64,000 bases of DNA from Candidatus Latescibacterota bacterium (GCA_965215195.1 CBDCDC010000001.1:1056001-1120000); one strand, 5' to 3'. Positions 1 through 9,816 are shown, numbered from the stretch's first letter. Made by a program: numbers and translations. The notes: generated from the sequence alone by a model not told the origin.

Positions 1-1934
1 GCTTGAGCGTTGAGGAGAATTCCCTCAAGGGCGTCTTGGGGGGGCGCTTGAACGCGGAAAACGTCCGCCGCATCGTCGTCCGCCTCAGCGACGATTCGCC
101 CGAAGACAACACGGGCGGTGCCCTGCTGTTCCGCGAGCGGATATTCATCGACGACATTGAGCATGCGGAAATAAAGCCTTCGATTGACGGCGGGACGCGA
201 CGCGAGGGCCTGCTCGAGGCCAACGGCGGCGACGTGCTGACGCTCAGTTACGACGTGGAGCGCGACTTCATCCCGGGCGTAAAGGATCAGATTAGCGACT
301 TCAAAGAAGCCCGCAAGATCGACATTGAGCTGGTGGTGGCCAATGATTTTCGCATAGAAGTGACCTCCAATATGCAGACCAATTTCACGGGCGAGACCGT
401 CTTCCTGCCGGTCCAGCGGAGCAACGGCAATATCAGCGATGGCTCCAATCAGCAGGTCGTGCGCTTCCAGTACGGCCTGCCTACGGCCAACGAAATCATG
501 GGTTTTACGTTTGAAGTTTCCGAGTTGGCCGGGTTTAACCTGCGCTCGGAATTCAACCTCAACCGCCACCACCGCAAGTTCCCCAACCAGAACATCGTCA
601 AGAGGCAGGCCCTCGCGTCCGACCGCGCCGAGGCTTTTTACGCGACCGCCTCGCGGTTGACCTATCCTTGGTTTGCCTATGGCGAGGTCTTCTCCATGGA
701 TCCGAACTACGGCACCTCTATGGTAATTCCCGATCAGCGCGGTTTTATCGACTACGAGGACGAGCTCAACTTCGCCTATGAGTTTGTCGAGGACAACGAC
801 GACCAAGACCGCTTTCCCGACTGGCGGCGGCGCGTCACCGGGGGCGGTTTTGTGCCGGGGCAGCAGACGACCCGCGCCGCCGACGTGGAGGTGTTTCCCG
901 GCCTCGACGAGAACAACGACTTGGTCAACGACTTTAACCAAAACGACAATTTGCAGCCCGATTACGTCGAACCCTTTCTGCGCTACAATGTCGATCCGCC
1001 CGAATTTCTCTTCGGCACTGACATGAACAACAACAGTGTCATCGACCGCCTCGAAAACGACACCGAACCCGATTATCCCTACAAGCGCGACCACCGGGGC
1101 TACAACTTCTACTTGGGGGCTGAGATGCAGCCCGGTTCTAAGGTCATGGTCGGGCATCTACGCGAGTGGTTGATCGGTAGTGCGCGGCGGAATCAGACCA
1201 GCTATGGGCTTTTTACTTGGCAGGAAGACCGGCCGTTGCGCGGCTTTAGGTTTCGCTGCATGGAATTTTTGCGCTTCGCCCGCGACGACATTGCCGACGC
1301 CCTGATCCAGTGGGTGCAGTCGCCCTTTTCGGCCGGCGGTCTGCAGGATGTGCCGGACCGCTTGATCGCCCAGAACGCGATCATCAACACGTCGTACCTC
1401 GACTTTGCCATCCAGCGCCTGCGACCGCTGAACGTGTCCGGCAAAGTCAAGTGGGACCATTACTTTCAGCGCGGGAATCAGGCGCGGGAAAAGCGCGACG
1501 AGAGTTTCTTGGGCGTCATACTGAGAGCGGAGTACTTGTACGAGCCGTTCGCCGGGATCACCATCGCGCCCAAGTGGAAGCAGCAGTACGCCCGCCAAGT
1601 CCCAACGGATCCCCTCGCGCTGCAGCGCAATGAGCTGTCGGAGATCTTTTTCTTAATCGGCACGTACGAGCTCATCCCCGGCCAGCTCGTCTCGGAGTCC
1701 GGGATCGAATGGGAGGTCTTTAGGAATCTGCGACAAGAGCCCGATCCGCTGCCGCCGGCTTTTGTCGAGGATTTCACTACCTTGACCTTGGCCACCCAGT
1801 TCACCAATAACTCCGAGTATCAGGGGTACGCACTTTCGACAAAGATCGGGGTGCGCTGGCAACGCCGGGCCTTGCAGCAAGGCGATGAGACCAATTTCCT
1901 CACGTTTGTGACCATCTTCGCCGGGCTGCGCTAA
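1..1934 (+). CDS. Large hypothetical protein, 5'-truncated by the window; Asp/Asn-rich Ca-binding-like loops followed by a probable C-terminal beta-barrel
   Basis: ORF open from the window edge. Contains DNDDQDRFPD, DENNDLVNDFNQNDNLQPD and DMNNNSVID motifs. C-terminal alternating hydrophobic strands end in FVTIFAGLR. Confidence 0.7.
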   Translation, partial: LSVEENSLKGVLGGRLNAENVRRIVVRLSDDSPEDNTGGALLFRERIFIDDIEHAEIKPSIDGGTRREGLLEANGGDVLTLSYDVERDFIPGVKDQISDFKEARKIDIELVVANDFRIEVTSNMQTNFTGETVFLPVQRSNGNISDGSNQQVVRFQYGLPTANEIMGFTFEVSELAGFNLRSEFNLNRHHRKFPNQNIVKRQALASDRAEAFYATASRLTYPWFAYGEVFSMDPNYGTSMVIPDQRGFIDYEDELNFAYEFVEDNDDQDRFPDWRRRVTGGGFVPGQQTTRAADVEVFPGLDENNDLVNDFNQNDNLQPDYVEPFLRYNVDPPEFLFGTDMNNNSVIDRLENDTEPDYPYKRDHRGYNFYLGAEMQPGSKVMVGHLREWLIGSARRNQTSYGLFTWQEDRPLRGFRFRCMEFLRFARDDIADALIQWVQSPFSAGGLQDVPDRLIAQNAIINTSYLDFAIQRLRPLNVSGKVKWDHYFQRGNQAREKRDESFLGVILRAEYLYEPFAGITIAPKWKQQYARQVPTDPLALQRNELSEIFFLIGTYELIPGQLVSESGIEWEVFRNLRQEPDPLPPAFVEDFTTLTLATQFTNNSEYQGYALSTKIGVRWQRRALQQGDETNFLTFVTIFAGLR

Positions 1935-1941
1935 CAGGGCG

Positions 1942-3315
1942 ATGGGCAGGACCCTCTTGGGGATCGCGCTGGTCGCGCTGGTCGCGTGCGAGCGTCCCCC
2001 CGCGACCAAGACCGACTATCAAGCGCGGCTGGCCCAAGCCCATGGGCAACTGGCCGATCTACTCTTGCGAGAGCGCGACTACCAAGGGGCCGAGCACCAC
2101 TACCGCAAGGCCCTGAGCATCCGTCCGCTGACCGCCGACGCCTATGTCGGGCTGGGAAAAATCGCCGCCACACGGGGACTGTACGAGCAGGCCGCAAGCC
2201 ACTTCCGCAAGGCCCTGTCGCTAAGTGACAAGCACGTGGGGGCTTTGTGCAGCTTGGCCAATTTGGCCCTAGACCAAGGGGAATACGCCCGCAGCCGCGA
2301 TTTGTATCGACAGGCGCTGGCACTCGATCCAGACAATGCCGGGGCGTTCTACAACCTCGGTTTGGCCTACATCAAGCTCACGGCCTACTACGAGGCGATT
2401 ACAGCCCTGCGGCAGGCCACTCGCATTGATACGGGGTACAGTTTGGCATTTTACGCCTTGGGCCAGATCTACGCCGAGCGTCTCGGCCAGTACCAAGAAG
2501 GGATCGCGGCGTTTAGGCGGGCCGTGGCGCTGAGAGCGGATTGGCCTAAGGCGCGGATTGGCCTAGGTCACGCCCTGCTGAAAGCCGGCCAAGTAGATGC
2601 GGCCGCGATGGCTTTTGCCGCGGCCCTCGCGCTCGATCCGAGTGCGGCTCAAGCCCATGTAGGCTTGGGGTTGGCCGAGGAGCGCCGGCGCGCCGAGACG
2701 CTCGCCGAGGCGCATTATCTGCGCGCCATCGCCTTGGAGCCGGCGCGAGCGCGGACCTATTTCAAGCTCGGGACGCTCTACGTCAGACAGGGAAGAAAGG
2801 AGGAAGCCCAACGATACTTGGGCCGCTTTGAAGAGCTGGCACCCCACGCTGACGAGCTAGCTCAACTCAGAGACCGGCTGCGGCGAGAGCCAGATAACGC
2901 GCTGGCCCATTACGCCTTGGCCGGGATGTACGCCAAACTGAATAGGCCCGCCGCGGCAATCAGGGCCTTGAGAAGCTGTCTGGCCGTGCGGCCGGATTAC
3001 GCGCCGGCCTACAACAATTTAGGCAACGCGTACCTGCGCCTCGGAGCTACCGGGGAAGCCATCGCGATGTACGAAGCCGCCGTCCGCCTTGACACTGCGT
3101 ACGCGCTGGCCTACAACAATTTGGGCGGTGCTCAGCTACTCAATGGCCAAGCGCACCAAGCGCTGGAGTGCTACCAACGCGCACTGCGGATTCGCCCGGA
3201 CTATGCCGATGCGTATTACGGGCTTGCGCTGGCCTACGGGAAACAGGGCCGGCACGCCGATGCGGAGGAGGCCATGGCCCGGTACGAACAAGTCGCCGCG
3301 GCCGGCGCGCAGTAA
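1942..3315 (+). CDS. Tetratricopeptide repeat protein, possible lipoprotein
   Basis: Many TPR units (AYNNLG...A...Y..AL...P); hydrophobic N-terminus ending LVAC. Confidence 0.9.
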   Translation: MGRTLLGIALVALVACERPPATKTDYQARLAQAHGQLADLLLRERDYQGAEHHYRKALSIRPLTADAYVGLGKIAATRGLYEQAASHFRKALSLSDKHVGALCSLANLALDQGEYARSRDLYRQALALDPDNAGAFYNLGLAYIKLTAYYEAITALRQATRIDTGYSLAFYALGQIYAERLGQYQEGIAAFRRAVALRADWPKARIGLGHALLKAGQVDAAAMAFAAALALDPSAAQAHVGLGLAEERRRAETLAEAHYLRAIALEPARARTYFKLGTLYVRQGRKEEAQRYLGRFEELAPHADELAQLRDRLRREPDNALAHYALAGMYAKLNRPAAAIRALRSCLAVRPDYAPAYNNLGNAYLRLGATGEAIAMYEAAVRLDTAYALAYNNLGGAQLLNGQAHQALECYQRALRIRPDYADAYYGLALAYGKQGRHADAEEAMARYEQVAAAGAQ

Positions 3316-3329
3316 GGGGAGCGACCCTT

Positions 3330-3358
3330 TTGCGTGCAAGGGCCGGAATGGCTATGCT
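3330..3358 (+). promoter_or_regulatory. Sigma70-type promoter of tRNA-Val
   Basis: TTGCGT-N17-TATGCT, ending 8 nt before the tRNA. Confidence 0.65.
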
Positions 3359-3366
3359 TAAAGGCC

Positions 3367-3443
3367 GGGCGGTTAGCTCAGTTGGTCAGAGCGCCTGCCT
3401 TACAAGCAGGATGTCCCCAGTTCGAGTCTGGGATCGCCCACCA
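3367..3443 (+). tRNA. trnV: tRNA-Val(TAC)
   Basis: Acceptor stem GGGCGGT/ATCGCCC, D-arm, anticodon arm CCTGC-CTTACAA-GCAGG, TTCGAG T-loop, encoded CCA. Confidence 0.97.
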
Positions 3444-3449
3444 CCGCAC

Positions 3450-3477
3450 AAGCCCCTGAGCAATCAGGGGCTTTTTT
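3450..3477 (+). terminator. Rho-independent terminator after the tRNA
   Basis: AAGCCCCTGA-GCAA-TCAGGGGCTT followed by a T run. Confidence 0.9.
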
Positions 3478-5440
3478 AGTAGACCACGGCGAGGCTGCGT
3501 TCCTGCGCCCAGTGCCCGTGGGCGGTTTTGGCGCGCACCTGCACGATGTATATCCCGGGCGCGACGAGTTGCGCCTTTTCGTCGCGCCCGTTCCACCTCG
3601 CTTGATGGCGGCCGCTGAGCTGTGCGCCGAGGGCTTGCCGCCACGCCGAGCGGCCATTGAGCGCGTATATTTCCAACTCTACCTCGGCGGCCGCTAGCAA
3701 GCGGAACAAGGTGTACTCGATCGCTACGTGGTCGTTGATGCCGTCGCCCTGCGGGGTGAACGCGGTCGGCTGCACCGCTACATCCCCCAATACCTCATCC
3801 AAGGCCGGCCCAGTGGCGACCATGCGCAGCTGGTCCGTGCCCAAGGCGGTGCTGGCGTCGCCCCCTTCTACTTGCTGCGGCAGGCTCTGCCCGGAGCGCA
3901 CAAATACCTCGGCTTGCACCGCGCCCGCAGCCGTGTACAGGATGGTTTCCAAGTGCAAGCGCAGCGTTTGCACACCCTGGTCGCCGATGGGTTCGGGCAG
4001 GTAGATCGCTAGGCCTGCGGGTTCGGCGACCACGCTGTCGGCCGCCACCGGCTGTAGGGGATTGCCCATCTCTAAGCCGAGCAGGACACCCGCGCCGGGC
4101 AGGGTCAGGCGCAGCGCATCAAAGCCGGTTTGCTGCGGCGCGAACTCGGCCCGCAAGTCGCAGACCAACTCGATCTTTTGCCCGGCTGGCACCTCGGCGA
4201 TATGACCTGTGGGCCGCAGGTTGCCGGCCGCGGCTATCTCGCCTACCACTCGCTCGGCTAGCAGCGGGGAATACTCAATCGCCAGCGAATCCAAGCGCGT
4301 AAAATCCCACAGCGTTTGGGTCTCTAGCGCAAGGCGTACTTGCACGTAGCGGCCGCTCGGCACTCGGGGCCGCTCGCCAGAACGGCGCAGCGGCGGCGAC
4401 CAAAAGCTCCAGTGGTCCGCATCGTCGAAAATGGGGCCACGCCAGCCTACGGCCGGGGGATCCCAAGGCCAGACGCGCTGCTTGAGCCGTTCGTATGCGC
4501 TTTGCGTTACTTCCACGAGCCGGCCGATGTCGTCGTACCCGTGATAGCCAGTGGGAGTGGGGTCTAGGCCGGTCTTGATTTCTACTTGCGCGGCTGTGGG
4601 CGCGTCGGGCGCGGCCGCGATTTGATCGCCTGTGCGCCGCCACTTGCTCGCGCCAAAGCGCACACGCCCGAGGTTGACCTCTTGCCCTAAATCGATCACT
4701 TGCGATGTCCACGCGGCTCGCGGCGGGAAGCCTCGGCCGAATACCTCTAGCTCGGCCAAGGCGAACTTGGTGTAGAACCGGCCGTCGTCCGGGAAGAAGT
4801 AGATGCGCAAAAAGCGCAGGTATTGCAGCGGGAACTCAATGTGTACGACGGCCTCGGTGTTCAGATCGACGCTGGCTAGCGCGATGTCCAAGGGCCGGTA
4901 GTGGGTGCCTTCTTCCTTGGCGACGCCGACGGGGTCGCGGCTGCCGGAGAGTTCGTATTTGGCAAAGGCGAAGTTGGGGCGATACGGCTCTTGGGTGAGC
5001 GCGTCGCGGCCCTCGGGCGGGTAGAAGGCAAAGCGATCCACCGGCACCGGTACGCCGAGGTCGAGGGTGTAGAATTCGTTGGGGTCGTAGTAGGAGTGCG
5101 CCGAGAAGAAGGTCGCGAGGTCGCCATCGACAAAGTCGCGTGGCTCGGCGCGTGGACGGAGGTAGTTAATCCCGCGCCAGATGCGGACATCGCCCAAGCG
5201 ATACGTGGATTCGCCGGGGGATCGCCAGCGATACCAAGGGCCCAATTGGGGGAGCAGGTTTTCGCCGGGTTTGAGTTCGCGCGGCTGGAGTGCAGACGGG
5301 TCGGTCGTATCGTCCATCATCCGCTGCCGCCCGGTCCACGCCGCCCACGGCTCAATGCCGCCGAGGCGAAACTCATCTACCGCCCATGAGCGCACCGACA
5401 GACCGCTTAGCATCAATGCAAGGGCGAAGGCATGTCGCAT
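3476..5440 (-). CDS. Secreted protein with discoidin-like region and C-terminal FlgD-Ig (T9SS CTD-like) domain
   Basis: Signal peptide; C-terminus FTPQGDGIND...IYALNGR...WNGRD...PGIYIV; paralog of 9817..12111. Confidence 0.8.
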   Translation of the reverse strand: MRHAFALALMLSGLSVRSWAVDEFRLGGIEPWAAWTGRQRMMDDTTDPSALQPRELKPGENLLPQLGPWYRWRSPGESTYRLGDVRIWRGINYLRPRAEPRDFVDGDLATFFSAHSYYDPNEFYTLDLGVPVPVDRFAFYPPEGRDALTQEPYRPNFAFAKYELSGSRDPVGVAKEEGTHYRPLDIALASVDLNTEAVVHIEFPLQYLRFLRIYFFPDDGRFYTKFALAELEVFGRGFPPRAAWTSQVIDLGQEVNLGRVRFGASKWRRTGDQIAAAPDAPTAAQVEIKTGLDPTPTGYHGYDDIGRLVEVTQSAYERLKQRVWPWDPPAVGWRGPIFDDADHWSFWSPPLRRSGERPRVPSGRYVQVRLALETQTLWDFTRLDSLAIEYSPLLAERVVGEIAAAGNLRPTGHIAEVPAGQKIELVCDLRAEFAPQQTGFDALRLTLPGAGVLLGLEMGNPLQPVAADSVVAEPAGLAIYLPEPIGDQGVQTLRLHLETILYTAAGAVQAEVFVRSGQSLPQQVEGGDASTALGTDQLRMVATGPALDEVLGDVAVQPTAFTPQGDGINDHVAIEYTLFRLLAAAEVELEIYALNGRSAWRQALGAQLSGRHQARWNGRDEKAQLVAPGIYIVQVRAKTAHGHWAQERSLAVVY

Positions 5441-5532
5441 GGGGGACCTCTTTGGGGAAAGGGCTGAGTGCCGGTGTCAATAGGATTCGCGAAGCACTCA
5501 GCAGGTTGTGGGTGATCACGCGAACGATTGGC

Positions 5533-6789
5533 CTAGCGCTCTCCGGCGAGGGGGTGCGCGGGCCGCAGCCCAAAAAAAGCCGCCATAATCAGGCCGCTCG
5601 CAATCCGCGCCGCGCAGGCTAGGCCAAAGGCGGCTCCGTAGCCATAGTCGAGGATGAGCGTACCGCCGATGAGGCTGCCGAGGAAGTTCAAAAGCTGGAA
5701 GCCGCAGACGCGGAGGCCTTGGATCCGCGCCCAGAAGCGCCGGGGCAGCACTTGAGTGGAGAAGTGCTGGTCGGACGGGTTGTCGATCACTTCGCCGATG
5801 CGCACGAGCAGGAACATGGGCACGGCCAACGGCAGGCTGATAAAGGTCCCCATAATCCCGAGCGCACTGCCGCCCATGGTGCGGGCCGGGAGGATGGTCA
5901 GGGTCGGTCCGAAGCGGCGCACCAGCGTCGGCGCGGCAAAGGTGGCTGGCAGGCCGGCGAGTTGACTGAGGAAGAAGATCGCCCCAATCGCGGCCGGGCC
6001 GACGCCCAGCTCGGCTTCGAAAAACACGTTAAAAAACGGATACGTCAGCCCCATGGAGAAGCCGCGCGTACCGCTCAGGGCGGCAATGGCGGCAAAGACG
6101 CGCCACGGCGCGGCCACCGGCTCGTCCTCGTCCGGCGACCGGGTTGGCGCGGGGGCTCTTTCGCGGCGGGCCGGAGCGGATGCGTACAACAGCGGCACGA
6201 CAGCGATGAGCGAACAGGCCGCCCCGAGGAACAGGGCGTAGCGGAAGGGCGCCGGGGCCTCGGTGGAAAGGCCGAGGAAGTAGCCCATAACTCCGGGCAT
6301 GAAGCCGCCGATTAGGCTCAAGAGCATGCGGACGATTATTTGCAGGGCCGACCATATCGCGAGGGCTTCGGCGCGCCGCGCCGGGTGGGCATTGTCCGAG
6401 AGGAAGGGGACGTGGTTGACCCACACGAAGGCCATGGCCACGCCGCCGACAAACGAGAACGCCAGCAGCGCACCCGGTGCTGAGGTTAAGCACAGGCCCA
6501 ACTGGGAGATGGCCAGCAGCAGGCCCGAGGCTATGAGGAAGGGCCGGCGGCCGAGGCGGTCGCTCAGGATGCCGGTGGGCAGGGCCAACAGGCCGGTCGC
6601 CAGCGGTGCCATGCTGGCGACTTGGCCGATGAAGTCCTCTTGGTAGCTCAGGCGCAGTAGATAGAGGTTGTACAGCAGGGAAAAGAGCGCCATGCCGGCG
6701 TTGATCGAGGTGCCAAAAGCGAAGAACAGCCGGACATTGCGGTTGAATTCCCGCAGCCGAAAGCGGCTTAGGGCGTGGCCGATGGGCAT
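5533..6789 (-). CDS. MFS transporter
   Basis: About 12 hydrophobic segments; motif A GILSDRLGRR. Confidence 0.9.
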   Translation of the reverse strand: MPIGHALSRFRLREFNRNVRLFFAFGTSINAGMALFSLLYNLYLLRLSYQEDFIGQVASMAPLATGLLALPTGILSDRLGRRPFLIASGLLLAISQLGLCLTSAPGALLAFSFVGGVAMAFVWVNHVPFLSDNAHPARRAEALAIWSALQIIVRMLLSLIGGFMPGVMGYFLGLSTEAPAPFRYALFLGAACSLIAVVPLLYASAPARRERAPAPTRSPDEDEPVAAPWRVFAAIAALSGTRGFSMGLTYPFFNVFFEAELGVGPAAIGAIFFLSQLAGLPATFAAPTLVRRFGPTLTILPARTMGGSALGIMGTFISLPLAVPMFLLVRIGEVIDNPSDQHFSTQVLPRRFWARIQGLRVCGFQLLNFLGSLIGGTLILDYGYGAAFGLACAARIASGLIMAAFFGLRPAHPLAGER

Positions 6790-7796
6790 CCGGCGTGGCG
6801 TCTCGCAAAGACCTCGACGGCCTTTTGCACGGCGATCTTTGCAGTGTGGACCCGCTCGGCAAAGGGCCGCTCCATGCCGGTCTCAATGGTGAAGGCCAAG
6901 CCGTAGGTGTGCGCGGCAAAGTCGGCGAGGTTGAGGCCCTCGCCGCGCTGCTGGGGGTTGAGCCAGAAGACGCTGGGCGGCCCTGTGGTAAAAAAAGACC
7001 CGGGCAGATAATCGCTCGGGGCGAGGGCTGTGCCGGAGGCCGCGACCGCGGCGATCATCTCGCCGGCCATGGCCTCCTCCCACTGCTGATCGGAGGGAGT
7101 GCGCTGGTGCCGCGCCGAAAACCAGAAGAAGTCGCCTCCGTGCTCGTGGAGGTCCAGCGTCAAGCCGGGCCGGATGGCGGCCATCAGGTCGCGGGTGCAG
7201 CGCGGCTCGACCGGTGCCCAAGGGGTGTCGTGGAAGCGGTTGAGGTGGAGGACTTGGCCGGCCGGGGTGATGATTAGGGTGTACGCGCACTGAATGCCGG
7301 GATTGCTAGCGGGGAAGTAGAGCCGGCGGCCCTTGAGTGCTTCGAGCCAGTCCCCTACTCGATGGTTGTACAGGTTGCTCGTGGCGTAGCCGCACTCGCC
7401 GATCAGGGCGACCACGGTATCGCCTTCGCGATAGAGGATTTCGCCGCGCTTTTTGAGCAAGGGAGCGACGTCGTCGAGGCTAGCAAGCGCCGGGGCCGCA
7501 TCTAAGCTCAGGCCGAGCGCGTAGGCGAGGCCATTCATGCCGATGGGGTCGCGGCTGGGAATGGTGTAGAGCTGGTGCTCGGTCTCGATCTCGTCGATGA
7601 GGGCGCAGGCCGCGCTAACCCCGGCTTGTTCGGTGGCGTGGCTGCCGGCACTGATGAAAATGGCCGGTGCTTTGTCGCCGCCGCTTTTGACTGCGACAAT
7701 GGGCTGTCCGTCGGGTGCGCGGCCGAGGATCTGGGGAGTGTGGCCGTTGTCCTGAATACAGGTGAGCAGGTCGGCGTAGCGGTCGAATGGCTGCAT
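6768..7796 (-). CDS. M14-family metallopeptidase / succinylglutamate desuccinylase-like protein
   Basis: AGSHATE (HxxE), LNR, LDLHE and FTIET motifs; start chosen just after the upstream stop. Confidence 0.7.
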   Translation of the reverse strand: MQPFDRYADLLTCIQDNGHTPQILGRAPDGQPIVAVKSGGDKAPAIFISAGSHATEQAGVSAACALIDEIETEHQLYTIPSRDPIGMNGLAYALGLSLDAAPALASLDDVAPLLKKRGEILYREGDTVVALIGECGYATSNLYNHRVGDWLEALKGRRLYFPASNPGIQCAYTLIITPAGQVLHLNRFHDTPWAPVEPRCTRDLMAAIRPGLTLDLHEHGGDFFWFSARHQRTPSDQQWEEAMAGEMIAAVAASGTALAPSDYLPGSFFTTGPPSVFWLNPQQRGEGLNLADFAAHTYGLAFTIETGMERPFAERVHTAKIAVQKAVEVFARRHAGCPSATP

Positions 7797-7801
7797 GGCG
7801 T

Positions 7802-8809
7802 TTAGGCGCATAGGGGATGCGCCATTTGTGCGCGGCGGAAGGGGACGTCGATTTGGCCATCTTGGTTGATGACAGCCATTTTGGCCCGCGCCTCTAGCCA
7901 CAGCCGGTGCCACTCGGCCGGGTCGCGCAGTTCCCTGTCTGGGTTGCGGCGGCTGCGCGCGACAAACCCGGGGAAGGCGATGCGCCCGGTGGGCTGGTCG
8001 GTGGGGTTGTAGCGCAGATCAAAACTCCAGCGGACCTCGTCGCTGACGTTGGGATAGGAGCCGTGGACGGTCTGCTTGTGGACGCAGATGACGTCGCCGC
8101 GCTCAACCGGCAGGGGGATGGCGCGATCGGCCGCGAAGAGCTTTTCCGGGACTTGAGCCGCGCCGGCGAATTGCGGTGCGTTGTCCATGTAGTTGGGGCA
8201 GTGCGGCAAAAGGCCGCCTTGGTGCGAGCCGGGCGCGACCATCAGCGGCCCCTTTTCGATGGGAGTGTCTTGCAGGGAAAACCACACCGTCAGCATCTGG
8301 GTGTCGTCTGCCTCCTCGGTCACGACGCCGTGGTCTTGGTGCCACTGGGTGGCCCCGAGGATGGCGTTGCCGTATTGGTTTTTGGGTAGGTGGCACTCGG
8401 GCGGCTTGATGCGCACGTGCTGGACGGGATTGGAGTAGATTTCCGGGCCAATTAGCGACTCGACGACGTCGAGCAGGGCGGGATCGGTGAGGGCGCGGAA
8501 GACGGCCGCTCCGGCCCAGAAGGGGGTGTCGGGCTGGACGTTTTGGAAGGGCAGCGAGAAGTCGAAGTACTGGCTGTGGACGCGGCCGGTTTCAATGCAA
8601 ATTTGGATGTAGCGGTCGCCAAACTCGAGCGCTTCGTAGCGCGAGGCAATTTCGCCTTGAGCGTAGAGCGCGTCGGCCAAGCTGTCGAGGACGGTGGCGT
8701 ATTCGTCGATGACCGGGTCGAGGGTGGAGACCGGATCGAGGACGCCTTTGACGACGACGTAGCCTTCGCTGGCAAAGTGGTCGAGTTGGCGGGGGGTGAG
8801 CGCGGGCAT
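7802..8809 (-). CDS. Phytanoyl-CoA dioxygenase (PhyH) family protein
   Basis: WHQD, PGSH, VHGS..N.S..VR..FDLRY motifs. Confidence 0.9.
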   Translation of the reverse strand: MPALTPRQLDHFASEGYVVVKGVLDPVSTLDPVIDEYATVLDSLADALYAQGEIASRYEALEFGDRYIQICIETGRVHSQYFDFSLPFQNVQPDTPFWAGAAVFRALTDPALLDVVESLIGPEIYSNPVQHVRIKPPECHLPKNQYGNAILGATQWHQDHGVVTEEADDTQMLTVWFSLQDTPIEKGPLMVAPGSHQGGLLPHCPNYMDNAPQFAGAAQVPEKLFAADRAIPLPVERGDVICVHKQTVHGSYPNVSDEVRWSFDLRYNPTDQPTGRIAFPGFVARSRRNPDRELRDPAEWHRLWLEARAKMAVINQDGQIDVPFRRAQMAHPLCA

Positions 8810-8859
8810 GGTTTCCTCCGATAGGTGCGCGGTTGGTGGGCGACGTGCGTGTTGTCTCT

Positions 8860-8889
8860 ACAATACAGTACGCGGCTGCGGTCTGACAA
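8860..8889 (-). promoter_or_regulatory. Candidate promoter of the PhyH-M14-MFS operon
   Basis: TTGTCA-N18-TATTGT on the minus strand. Confidence 0.4.
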
Positions 8890-8960
8890 GGGAATTGTGT
8901 CGTTGTACTTCTCTACGCGCTGGTCGAGGGCAAGTCCGGGTTTTCGCTGAACGCGAGCGG

Positions 8961-9023
8961 ATCACAGCCGACGTGGATTTCCGCCAAGCCTTGCCCCGCT
9001 TTCGCAAAGGCCCAGAAGTCATC
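8961..9023 (-). pseudogene. 21-codon fragment resembling the C-terminal region of Type ISP restriction-modification enzymes
   Basis: Translates DDFWAFAKAGQGLAEIHVGCD, like the recalled DFWAFSKAGRxLAELH motif. Confidence 0.55.
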
Positions 9024-9068
9024 TCATCCATTTCTTTGAAGATGACGGACGATTTCTCGTCTTTTCAT
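9024..9068 (-). pseudogene. hicA: Truncated HicA toxin (14 aa)
   Basis: ATGA overlap with the hicB stop; MKRREIVRHLQRNG* matches the HicA N-terminus. Confidence 0.7.
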
Positions 9069-9283
9069 GTCTGTATAAAAACAGACTCGCGAATCACATC
9101 TTGTATTTCCGCAATGGATTCTTCGGCGAGCATGCGGTTGGCCTCAAGCGTCATCTCAATCGCCTCTCGGAGATTGGCTCTGGCTTCTGCAAGCGTTTCC
9201 CCTTGCGTTTTGGCACCGGGCAATTCTTCGACAAATCCGATGTATCCTTCTGGGACTTTTCTGTAAACTGCGGTGAATTTCAT
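9065..9283 (-). CDS. hicB: HicB family antitoxin
   Basis: YIGFVEELPGAKTQGETLAEARANLREAI; GGAGG RBS. Confidence 0.9.
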   Translation of the reverse strand: MKFTAVYRKVPEGYIGFVEELPGAKTQGETLAEARANLREAIEMTLEANRMLAEESIAEIQDVIRESVFIQT

Positions 9284-9464
9284 CTCGGAAACCTCCTGTT
9301 TTCTACCATCGGCGAGATATAGAGGGATATTTCTGTTCAAGAGATTCATAGCGTTGCTGCGCCGAAGCACCTTCTTACGTTCCCTATTCGTTCTCATCGC
9401 TCATAATCTTCTCCCCTCAAGATGAACTTCGGTTCTTCGGCGAGTAGGCGATTGGCCCAAGCTA

Positions 9465-9755
9465 TCACCGGGAGTAGTCCGATGGGTTTTTCATATTACC
9501 ATTGATCACAAATACAAATGCCTTAGATAGAAATTCTTTGGCTGTATTGTCTCCCCCGTGCGTCTCGACATCAATGAGAATAATATCATTTCGGATGTCT
9601 CCGGGAGGCTTATCTTTGATCGTCAAGTCGAGTACGAGAAGGATGCTGACTTGTCTGGCTTCGACGCCTGCGTATTGAGCCGCTTGGGCCGTGTACTTCT
9701 TCGAGATGTACTCTCGGTCGCCGTTTTCCTTTTCGACTTTTAGCTCAACGCTCAC
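9465..9755 (-). pseudogene. C-terminal fragment of a larger protein with a PD-(D/E)xK-like tail
   Basis: Low GC; starts at VELKVE followed by QAAQYA...ILLVLDLT; no convincing start. Confidence 0.5.
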
Positions 9756-9816
9756 TCCTTGATACCTTTAATATAGCAATCCTAAATCAATGTATATTGC
9801 CTTGAATTCTACTCGT

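Noticed and set aside
3367-3480. tRNA-Val as an island integration site
   Set aside because: No integrase nearby and no repeat of the tRNA 3' end seen in the window.
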